Shown: positions 53,651 through 60,551 of the stretch, piece after piece
Layout of the letters: every line of letters begins with the position of its first letter
Position numbering within the stretch: position 1 is the stretch's first letter
From: Bdellovibrionota bacterium
GTDB taxonomy: Bacteria > Bdellovibrionota > Bdellovibrionia > Bdellovibrionales > UBA840
Length of the DNA: 60,551 bases
Assembly (NCBI GenBank): GCA_036140815.1
Contig: JAYZXX010000046.1
Span: 1 to 60,551 of the forward strand
Reading direction: 5' to 3'
Notes under the pieces: model-generated
What the model was told of the DNA's origin: nothing
Databases searched by the model: none
What the model saw: the letters and a program-made list of their open reading frames with translations, nothing else
Made by a program: the position numbers and the translations under genes

Positions 53651-55528
53651 TTAAATGTCTTCGTAGTGTTCACGCACAATGTGCATAGCTATTTTTAATG
53701 TCTCGCGTGGGACACTAGAAAATTTTGGAACTTGCAGATCAGGTTGTGTTTTCTTTAGTTGGTTGTAGATGAAAAGTTCTATGAATTTTTGCAGTCCTTC
53801 ACCAGCAAGGTTTTTGGACCTCAAAGCCATAATTTCAGTTACTATGTAGGTGATGGAATTGCCGGTAATCCTATCCGGATGGTTCACGATTTCTACTTTA
53901 GAAATTAGAGCCTTTTTATGTTTTTCAGATAGTTCTATATGTCCCATAAAGTTCAGGTAAAGATCACAAAATTCTACCATCAGCAAATAAGCTTGATCGG
54001 TCTGATACTGACTTGCTTTAACAGAGTATTCAGATTGAATGGCATCAAAAAGGCTATCTAGTTCAATCTCTTTATTGCTAACATATTGACTAGTTAAAAG
54101 GCGTATTAAGCTTCTTGCGTTGAAGAAAGGTGGTTTATTAATACCATCATCGACAGCTTCAATTTGCTTTGAAACCTTATGAGATTCTAGACGGAAAAAA
54201 GCTGCGTGTAGATTTTTAAGGTCTTTTTTATAGCCACGATGTTTAAATTTTTTAGCTACTTGATCCAAGCCTAGTTTACTTTCAAAAAGGCGTATCATCT
54301 CTTCATCAAAGCTTTTGTCAAAAAGTTTAATGTATTTATGGTCATCAAATTCTTTTAAGGCTTTTCTTTTACCAGTGTTTAAGAAATCAAGTATTTGACA
54401 GAAGCATTGGACAATTTTCCTGGCTTTGATTTTTTGTTCATTTAGATTTGTAGAATATCTTGATACATCATCATATCGATATTCATCGTGGCGAATGCCA
54501 AACTGACGAATGCTACCGTAATCCAATATGCCGATGTCCATCAACATATTGTCTCCATCCCAATCAAACCATGCGAAAATATATTCGCTTTCTAACTTTG
54601 CAACAAACTTTGCGTAAGACTCACTGATTTCTTTTACTACTTTGTTGTAGTTTGCGGAGTCGGTTCTACAGCTAACAAACTTTTTATTTTGGACCTGTCT
54701 ATCAATGTAGTAGTCAAAAGCTCTTTTTAAAGCATTGTGATTATTTTGTTTTAAAAAGGAAAAAAGGTGAGCAGGGCGAAGTAAATTTTCTCCAGCTCTT
54801 ACACCGATTCCCACGCCTGGACCAGTTTCTAATACAAGTAAAGTTCTCTCTGTAGGAACTCCCTTTTTATGAAAAATTTCAGACATGATGGCAGTAGCAT
54901 AAAGTTCATCAATTTCCGCTAAGCCACAACCGTAACCAAATTCTTCACTTCCAGTTTGAAGGTTTTTTCCTGCCTCAATGATTCCCGGAGCTAAAGCGGT
55001 TACGCCAGTTCCGCGACTAGAGACATCCCAGATTTTACCGTTCTTTTTTACGACTCCATTCCAAATGCTTCTACCATCGCCAGAGGTTTTACCTTGTTTA
55101 TTCGGATGCTGTAATTGTAAATATCGGGTAGCCATATAGAGATTAGGCTTAATGCTTTCTTCTGCGTAGCTTATGCCATTTTCAAGATCATATTCATTAA
55201 TGATGACTAAACCAAAAGTTTCAACGAGAGTGTCTTTTAAATCTTTTGTCATTTTGTGGGGATGATTTTTAGGAAGTAGCCCCATTTCAATGGCCAGATC
55301 ATAATTAAAATAAGCAACCTCAGCCTCTTCCACGACTCGCGCTTGATAGCCAATATAACCTTCAGGAACTTGAGTTTGCCATGGATGCGTTCCATCCAAT
55401 TGAGAAAACTCTTTGTACTTCTCTGGAAATTTTGCTTTTTGACCAACTAGCTTTAGATGAGTTTGTTTTTTACCCTCAGCCTTTTGATCTTTAAACTTAA
55501 TTTTTGCTGCTCTCGGTTCTCGTTTCAT
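53651..55528 (-). CDS. SelO/YdiU-family pseudokinase-fold protein (putative protein AMPylase), long 625-aa form
   Basis: 'QGKTSGDGRSIWNG', 'VSSRGTGVTALAPG', 'YATAIMSEIFHKKGVPTERTL', 'RPAHLFSF', 'DGDNMLMDIGILDYGSIRQFG'. These are colinear with E. coli SelO 'GDGRA', 'LKGAGLTPYSR', 'SEAMHYLGIPTTRAL' and 'NTDNMSILGLTIDYGPFGF'. An extra ~200-aa helical C-terminal region follows. Confidence 0.65.
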   Translation of the reverse strand: MKREPRAAKIKFKDQKAEGKKQTHLKLVGQKAKFPEKYKEFSQLDGTHPWQTQVPEGYIGYQARVVEEAEVAYFNYDLAIEMGLLPKNHPHKMTKDLKDTLVETFGLVIINEYDLENGISYAEESIKPNLYMATRYLQLQHPNKQGKTSGDGRSIWNGVVKKNGKIWDVSSRGTGVTALAPGIIEAGKNLQTGSEEFGYGCGLAEIDELYATAIMSEIFHKKGVPTERTLLVLETGPGVGIGVRAGENLLRPAHLFSFLKQNNHNALKRAFDYYIDRQVQNKKFVSCRTDSANYNKVVKEISESYAKFVAKLESEYIFAWFDWDGDNMLMDIGILDYGSIRQFGIRHDEYRYDDVSRYSTNLNEQKIKARKIVQCFCQILDFLNTGKRKALKEFDDHKYIKLFDKSFDEEMIRLFESKLGLDQVAKKFKHRGYKKDLKNLHAAFFRLESHKVSKQIEAVDDGINKPPFFNARSLIRLLTSQYVSNKEIELDSLFDAIQSEYSVKASQYQTDQAYLLMVEFCDLYLNFMGHIELSEKHKKALISKVEIVNHPDRITGNSITYIVTEIMALRSKNLAGEGLQKFIELFIYNQLKKTQPDLQVPKFSSVPRETLKIAMHIVREHYEDI

Positions 55529-55788
55529 TCTGTAACACTTTTCGGTTCATCTATAAATGAACTTTAATAGGGTCATTTTATCTAGACGAAGGCAGATATG
55601 CAAAATGCTAGAAATTCTGCGTTAGGACTTAAGTGTTAAGAAAGATAGCTCTTTCTACTAAAGCATCTAGTTTAGACATTGCTAATAGTTCAAAACAAAC
55701 AAAAAAAAATGGGAGTATTCAGGTTTTAGATACAAGATGAGAAATTTTGGAATCAATGGCTGCCGCATATATTTTCAACAGAACAAGA

Positions 55789-55818
55789 TAAAAAAATGCC
55801 CCTTGAGACAAGGAGCAT
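55789..55818 (-). terminator. Rho-independent terminator of the OPT transporter gene
   Basis: On the minus strand: ATGCTCCTTG-tct-CAAGGGGCAT followed by TTTTTTT. Confidence 0.75.
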
Positions 55819-55843
55819 TTTATCAATTCACATTTTTTAACAC

Positions 55844-57718
55844 TTAATTAGGCTGCTCAATCGCCTTCTTACGAAGGTAAACAGCAAGACCAATTAATGC
55901 AGCCACACTTAAAATGTCAGAAAGAGTATGACCGATTCCTTCAATTTTCAGGTCAGTACCTAAGTAAAGAAGGATTGCGATGATAACACCCATCAAAGCT
56001 TCACCAGCAATTAAGCCAGAAGAAACTAAAACACCATTATCTGTATTTTCCGCTTCGTCACCAGTTCTACCTAGTTTTTTATCTGCAAAGTAAGCGATCA
56101 ATCCACCGATAAACATCGGAATTGCAAGGGTTACTGGTAAGTAAACACCAACTGCAATCGGCATCAAGTGAAGGCGAATTTTAGAACCTTTAGCGGCCAT
56201 AATTTTATCTAAGACAATAATCACCACACCAGCAGCCATACCTGTATAGATCATTCCCATTGGAAGGTCTCCCGTTCCAAATAGACCCTTGGCAATAGAA
56301 GCAAAAAGAGTGGCTTGAGGTGCTTTCAGTTGATCACCAATTCCATAAGAGTGGTGAAGAAGAGTAAGTACAGGAGCAATAACAAGAGCTGGAATTACAA
56401 CCCCGATCACCTGAGCGTATTGTTGATATTTAGGAGTGGCTCCAACCAACACACCCGTTTTTAAATCCTGCGAACAGTCACCCGAAGTACAAGCCGCACA
56501 ACAAACTACAGCGGCAACCCCAAGAGTTGCTAAAATTGCACTTTGTCCTTCGTATCCCAATACTAAGAAGAAAGCCGCAGTTCCTAAAAGACAAGAGATA
56601 GTCATACCAGAAACAGGGTTGTTACTAGTTCCTACCAAACCAACGATATAACTAGATACCGCAACCATGATGAATGAGATCACAGTCATTAGAATCGTAG
56701 TCATTACAGAAACACCGAAGCTTCCAGTTAAGTAATCATAAAGACCTAGCATCATGGCAATACAAAGAATTAAAATCACTAACATAGGGATCAATCCCAT
56801 ATTCATATCAGTTCTTTTTACTTCTACATTTGGACCCGCCGAGTAAGCAGATTTCAAACCTCGAACTCCTGAGCTAATCCCTTTACGAACACTAAAGATC
56901 GAGTAAACACCACCGGTGATCATGGCACCAACACCAAGATAACGAATTTGTGTACTCCATAAAGTCCAAGCAATATCCAATGCACTAGCATCTTCCATTC
57001 CTGCTGGTACTCCCAAGAATGGAATCCCTAGAGTCCAACCAGCCATACCGCCGATAAAAACCAAAAGAGCTACTTCCAATTTTACGATATATCCAACAGC
57101 TAAAAGAGCTGGAGAAATGTCTGATCCAAAAAATAGAGTACGATCACCAATACGAGTCGCAATTTCTACAGAACCTTTAAAAATTCCAAGACCAGTACTC
57201 ATTAATTTAAAAATAGCACCAATGGCTAAACCTTTAATGATACTTCCAAGTCCAGCACCTTCATTTTCAGCGCCAGCTTCTAAAACGGCACTACATGCTA
57301 CACCCTCTGGGTAAGTTAAGCTTTTGTCCTCAATGATTAAACTTTGACGAAGTGGAATCATAAAGATCACACCTAGCAAACCACCACAAATTGCGATCAA
57401 TGTTGTTGGAATAAACTCAAAGTCATTCCAAGCACCAACCAACACAAGGGCTGGGATGGTAAAGATGATACCGGCAGCCAAAGACTCACCAGCTGATGCC
57501 ATGGTTTGAACGATATTCGCTTCTAAAATGGCAGATCTTTTAAGGGTTTTTAAAATACCCATCGCAATAACGGCAGCGGGAATAGATGCAGAAACTGTCA
57601 TCCCAGCATAAAGGCCAAGGTATACGTTTGCGGCAGTCATGATAACTCCAACAACGATACCGATCGCAATGGCGGTGAACGTAAACTCTAATACTTTTTT
57701 ATTTTCTGATTTTTCCAT
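55844..57718 (-). CDS. OPT-family oligopeptide transporter
   Basis: ATG at 57718 ('MEKSENKK'). Polytopic membrane protein with typical bacterial OPT blocks: 'TAANVYLGLYAGMTVSASIPAAV', 'ESLAAGIIFTIPAL', 'GTSNNPVSGMTI', 'DLKTG..VGATP', 'SGLIAGEALMGV'. Confidence 0.8.
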   Translation of the reverse strand: MEKSENKKVLEFTFTAIAIGIVVGVIMTAANVYLGLYAGMTVSASIPAAVIAMGILKTLKRSAILEANIVQTMASAGESLAAGIIFTIPALVLVGAWNDFEFIPTTLIAICGGLLGVIFMIPLRQSLIIEDKSLTYPEGVACSAVLEAGAENEGAGLGSIIKGLAIGAIFKLMSTGLGIFKGSVEIATRIGDRTLFFGSDISPALLAVGYIVKLEVALLVFIGGMAGWTLGIPFLGVPAGMEDASALDIAWTLWSTQIRYLGVGAMITGGVYSIFSVRKGISSGVRGLKSAYSAGPNVEVKRTDMNMGLIPMLVILILCIAMMLGLYDYLTGSFGVSVMTTILMTVISFIMVAVSSYIVGLVGTSNNPVSGMTISCLLGTAAFFLVLGYEGQSAILATLGVAAVVCCAACTSGDCSQDLKTGVLVGATPKYQQYAQVIGVVIPALVIAPVLTLLHHSYGIGDQLKAPQATLFASIAKGLFGTGDLPMGMIYTGMAAGVVIIVLDKIMAAKGSKIRLHLMPIAVGVYLPVTLAIPMFIGGLIAYFADKKLGRTGDEAENTDNGVLVSSGLIAGEALMGVIIAILLYLGTDLKIEGIGHTLSDILSVAALIGLAVYLRKKAIEQPN

Positions 57719-58000
57719 CCGCAGAAGAAACAGCATTTCTGCTACAAAGTCACGCTGTAAGGAGGAACAGGTAATCTTTCCAGGAGTTTAGAGGGCTTCA
57801 TTATTTGCGATTTTATCAGCTAAAACGAAGTTTTATGGAAGCACATTAATCTTTATTTACATTGTGATATTAGGGACTTATGTAAATGTATTCTATTAAT
57901 TGAGAAAAATGAAAAACAACTTTTACTTCTTTCTGAATCCAAGGCTTAGTTACTACATTTAAATATAATGCCTTTGGTTTCCGAAAAACCGTCCTATTGT

Positions 58001-58025
58001 CAAAAGGGTGGCAGCCACCCTTTTG
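58001..58025. repeat. REP palindrome, dispersed copy
   Basis: 'CAAAAGGGTGGCAGCCACCCTTTTG', identical to the RAYT-flanking consensus. Confidence 0.85.
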
Positions 58026-58242
58026 CGGGAATATGGTAGGAATTCACTTCAGTAGTGGTATAAAATAAAGCCCTATTTATCAGATGTAAAACCGGCAAAA
58101 ATTTCACTCTCTGCTATTGCTTAGGCCTGGTAATCTTTGGAAACCCCTAATACTACTCAATTTTTAGCCATTTTCATGTTTCAATTAAGGCTACTCAAAT
58201 GAATATTTTGACTGTGATGGAACTTACAGCTTTGGAGGAATA

Positions 58243-59034
58243 ATGAGACTAATTCAGTCCTTGATCGCATCAACCCTGATATTTAGCTTTGGCTTTAGTG
58301 CCATAGCTGAGACCCCAGAAGAGAAAGCCTTTCGTATTGCCAAAGAAAATGAAAAAGCAAATTCTGGTTTTAAGGGTGAGCTATCTGCAATGATCATGGT
58401 TTTGATTAATGCCCATGGTGATAAAACAACTCGAAAGATGACAAATTACGTTTTGGAAAGGGCTAATGAAGGAGACCTTTCTATCAACGAATTTTTATGG
58501 CCAGCCGATGTTAAAGGAACAAAGCTTCTTACTCATGCCTTTAAAGAAAAATCCGATGATCAATGGCTCTACCTTCCAGCTCTAAAAAAGACCAAGCGAA
58601 TTTCATCAAGAAATAAGTCAGGCTCGTTCATGGGCTCTGAGTTTTCTTATGAAGACATGGGCTCACAAGAACCGGAAAAGTTTAAATGGAAGTATATCCA
58701 GCAAGTAAAAGTGAATAAACGGGATGTTCATAAAATGGAAAGAGTTCCAACGGATGAGTACACTTCTTATTCAAAACAAGTAGTGTATTCAGATTTAAAG
58801 TACAAAAACCCTTTGAAAATTGAGTATTTTGATAAAAAAGGCGAGCTGTTAAAGGTTGCCAAGTTTGGCCCCTATAAAAAGCTTTACAAAGAAATTTATC
58901 GACCAATGAAAATTCATATTAAAAATGTTCAAACAAAAAAAGAATCTATCTTGCAGTGGAAAAAACGAAAATTAGGTGCGAAAATCTCAAAATCAAAATT
59001 TGATTCTACCAAGTTGGCAGGGGATGGCTTCTAA
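58243..59034 (+). CDS. Outer-membrane lipoprotein-sorting (LolA-like) family protein
   Basis: GGAGGA RBS. Signal 'MRLIQSLIASTLIFSFGFSAIA|ET'. 'QWLYLPALKKTKRISS..KSGSFMGSEFSYEDM' is typical of the LolA-like proteins that accompany COG1033 RND exporters. Confidence 0.7.
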   Translation: MRLIQSLIASTLIFSFGFSAIAETPEEKAFRIAKENEKANSGFKGELSAMIMVLINAHGDKTTRKMTNYVLERANEGDLSINEFLWPADVKGTKLLTHAFKEKSDDQWLYLPALKKTKRISSRNKSGSFMGSEFSYEDMGSQEPEKFKWKYIQQVKVNKRDVHKMERVPTDEYTSYSKQVVYSDLKYKNPLKIEYFDKKGELLKVAKFGPYKKLYKEIYRPMKIHIKNVQTKKESILQWKKRKLGAKISKSKFDSTKLAGDGF

Positions 59035-60262
59035 GAAGGCCATTCGCTTACTTATTTTTATAAATTTGTTTCTCGCCATTTATTCAGCGGCGGAAGCTAA
59101 AAAATCACCTTGGAAAACAAAGGTTGAGGGAAGCTTTGAACCTCAAGCTAGAATATACGAAAAAGACAGCTCTGATGACACCATTGATAACTATGCTGAT
59201 TTTTATACGAACTTCATTTTCAAGGCAAAAAGATACAGAGACTACTTTACTTTAAATTTAGCATTTCGCTCTGTTCCTCAAGACGATGAGTCCTCTCAAT
59301 ATTATGCTAAAGAAGCTTGGTGGATGTTGAAGAACAAAAACTTTGATTATCTCGCTGGAGTTAACTACTTTAACTGGTCGGCTCTTGAGTTATTTCATCC
59401 TTTTAATATTATCAACGCCACAGAACTTTTTGAACAAGAGCAAATTGGTGAAAATATGCTAATGCTTCGTTGGAAGGGTTTTGAGAAAACGGCAAGTTTC
59501 ATCTTTTTACCTAAAATTACTGAAAACATGTATAATACCAGTTCTAAGTCGCGCTTAGGTTATAGCTACATTTCAGACAGTTTATTCGTAAAAGACGACG
59601 AAGAGCTTTACACAAATACTTTTTCAACTAATTTTGCCTTGGAGTGGAAACAGAGTTTAGATTCTTTAGACTATCGTTTATTATTATATAGTGGACCCGA
59701 TCGACAACTAGAGTTGTTTGGTTTTAACGGTACGTCTTACAACCCAATTGTCTTCCTTACAAACTCTTTTGGGGTAAATGTGCAGTCCAATTGGTTTGGC
59801 AGCATTTGGAAATTTGAGTATTTAAATAAATCCTACCAACACTCATACTCAGGAATTGAGCCTAAATCCCACCAAGTTTTAGCTTTTGGTTATGAATTTC
59901 CAAGTGTTTTAGATAGTGGCGGAGAATTAAACTACCTTATTGAATTTCAAACGGCTTTCGGAACCGAATCTGAAGAACTCGAGCAATACTACACTTTTCA
60001 AAATGATTTATTTTTAGGGCTTCGATACAGCTTAGGCGATATGAAGGGCACAGAATACTTAATTGGCTATCTAAAAGACATGAGTCGAGATGCCGAATCT
60101 GCTTTTTTCTTAGAATACACAACAAGGATCAATTCAAAAACCCAAATAGAACTAGGATCTAGATTTGTCTGGGCAAAACAAAAAGATGCATTTCCACTTG
60201 GTCTAGAGAGGCAAGATGGAGATAACTATATTTATGGGAAATGGGTCTACTATTTTCGATAA
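59024..60262 (+). CDS. Putative outer-membrane beta-barrel protein (DUF1302-like partner of the RND exporter)
   Basis: The ATG at 59024 overlaps the upstream stop. Signal 'MASKKAIRLLIFINLFLAIYSAAEA|KK'. Alternating aromatic/polar beta-strand pattern, ending in 'GKWVYYFR'. Confidence 0.55.
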   Translation: MASKKAIRLLIFINLFLAIYSAAEAKKSPWKTKVEGSFEPQARIYEKDSSDDTIDNYADFYTNFIFKAKRYRDYFTLNLAFRSVPQDDESSQYYAKEAWWMLKNKNFDYLAGVNYFNWSALELFHPFNIINATELFEQEQIGENMLMLRWKGFEKTASFIFLPKITENMYNTSSKSRLGYSYISDSLFVKDDEELYTNTFSTNFALEWKQSLDSLDYRLLLYSGPDRQLELFGFNGTSYNPIVFLTNSFGVNVQSNWFGSIWKFEYLNKSYQHSYSGIEPKSHQVLAFGYEFPSVLDSGGELNYLIEFQTAFGTESEELEQYYTFQNDLFLGLRYSLGDMKGTEYLIGYLKDMSRDAESAFFLEYTTRINSKTQIELGSRFVWAKQKDAFPLGLERQDGDNYIYGKWVYYFR

Positions 60263-60274
60263 AAGGGGCTAGAA

Positions 60275-60551
60275 ATGAATATACAGAAGTGGAAATCTGC
60301 CATTGTTGATTTCGTTTTAAATAAAAGCAAGATTAGTATAGTTATTATACTAGTTTTGGTTGGCGGTTTAATCTCTCAGGTTCCAAAGTTAAAAGAGGAT
60401 TTCTCTTATCGTATTTGGTTTGCAAAGGACGATCCATTATTGGCTAAGTTCGATGCTTTTGAGAGAAAATTTGGAAACGATGAAAATGTCGCTATTTTAA
60501 TAGAGACTCCGAATGGGATTTTTACAAAAGACAGTGTTGAGTTAATTCAAA
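60275..60551 (+). CDS. RND-superfamily exporter (COG1033/MMPL-type), N-terminal fragment running off the window
   Basis: AAAAGGGG RBS. My own translation: 'MNIQKWKSAIVDFVLNKSKISIVIILVLVGGLISQVPKLKEDFSYRIWFAKDDPLLAKFDAFERKFGNDENVAILIETPNGIFTKDSVELIQ'. It is not in the ORF track because no stop is reached. Confidence 0.7.
   Translation, partial: MNIQKWKSAIVDFVLNKSKISIVIILVLVGGLISQVPKLKEDFSYRIWFAKDDPLLAKFDAFERKFGNDENVAILIETPNGIFTKDSVELIQ

Noticed and set aside
1-60551. Search by eye for CRISPR arrays, tRNA/rRNA/tmRNA genes, integrases and phage or toxin-antitoxin modules.
   Set aside because: I saw no 25-40-nt direct repeats with unique spacers. The only tandem repeats are the two 7-nt SSRs and the 117-bp duplication. 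I recognised no tRNA-like T-arm (GGTTCGAATCC-type) or rRNA sequence in the intergenic regions. I recognised no integrase, recombinase or phage structural gene apart from the RAYT.

Overview
60.5-kb AT-rich bacterial chromosomal window with about 45 protein genes. I recognised no rRNA, tRNA, CRISPR array or prophage. All product calls come from motif and colinearity recognition by eye, with no database search, and hand-counted motif coordinates may be off by a few nt. The gene content resembles a Bdellovibrio-and-like predatory bacterium (Bacteriovoracia/Halobacteriovorax type): a fused ccoNO cbb3 oxidase cluster, a TIGR02147-like HTH protein, DUF2141, many exported hypothetical proteins and giant surface proteins. 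That taxonomic placement is inference only.

Layout:
- 3-812: 3' end of a hybrid histidine kinase.
- 1459-12511: atypical PrkA-like / giant AAA+ / SpoVR-DUF444 fusion operon.
- 12673-15837: M23 peptidase, methyltransferase, histidine phosphatase and DUF2141 genes.
- 15834-16273: small internally repeated ORF followed by a GC-rich island.
- 16385-17620: PIF1/RecD-like helicase.
- 17676-26406, minus strand: complete cbb3 oxidase cluster ccoI-ccoS-ccoNO-ccoQ-ccoP-ccoG plus two accessory genes. ccoS and ccoQ are missing from the supplied ORF track.
- 26630-29406: PAS histidine kinase and a sigma-54 NtrC-type regulator.
- 29920-32075: hppD-ribD.
- 34437-35922: trmJ-trmO.
- 36308-37987: RCC1-like lipoprotein.
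- 38328-40679: HTH regulator plus two paralogous exported 4-Cys proteins.
- 40771-42981: hldD and an esterase.
- 43196-51175: 2659-aa Cys/Thr/Ser/Gly-rich protein with a pilin-like N-terminus.
- 51219-52751: FAD oxidoreductase.
- 52811-53640: REP-associated tyrosine transposase (RAYT) flanked by REP palindromes.
- 53651-57718: long SelO-like protein and an OPT transporter.
- 58243-60551: LolA-like / outer-membrane / RND (COG1033-type) export cluster.

Best candidates for something new:
1. The rewired PrkA / giant AAA+ / SpoVR::DUF444 module, in which all three products start with signal-peptide-like sequences.
2. The giant cysteine-rich pilin-like protein.
3. The HTH regulator with a tandem pair of secreted paralogs.
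4. A candidate C-rich small RNA at about 29.6 kb.
5. Two heptanucleotide microsatellites.
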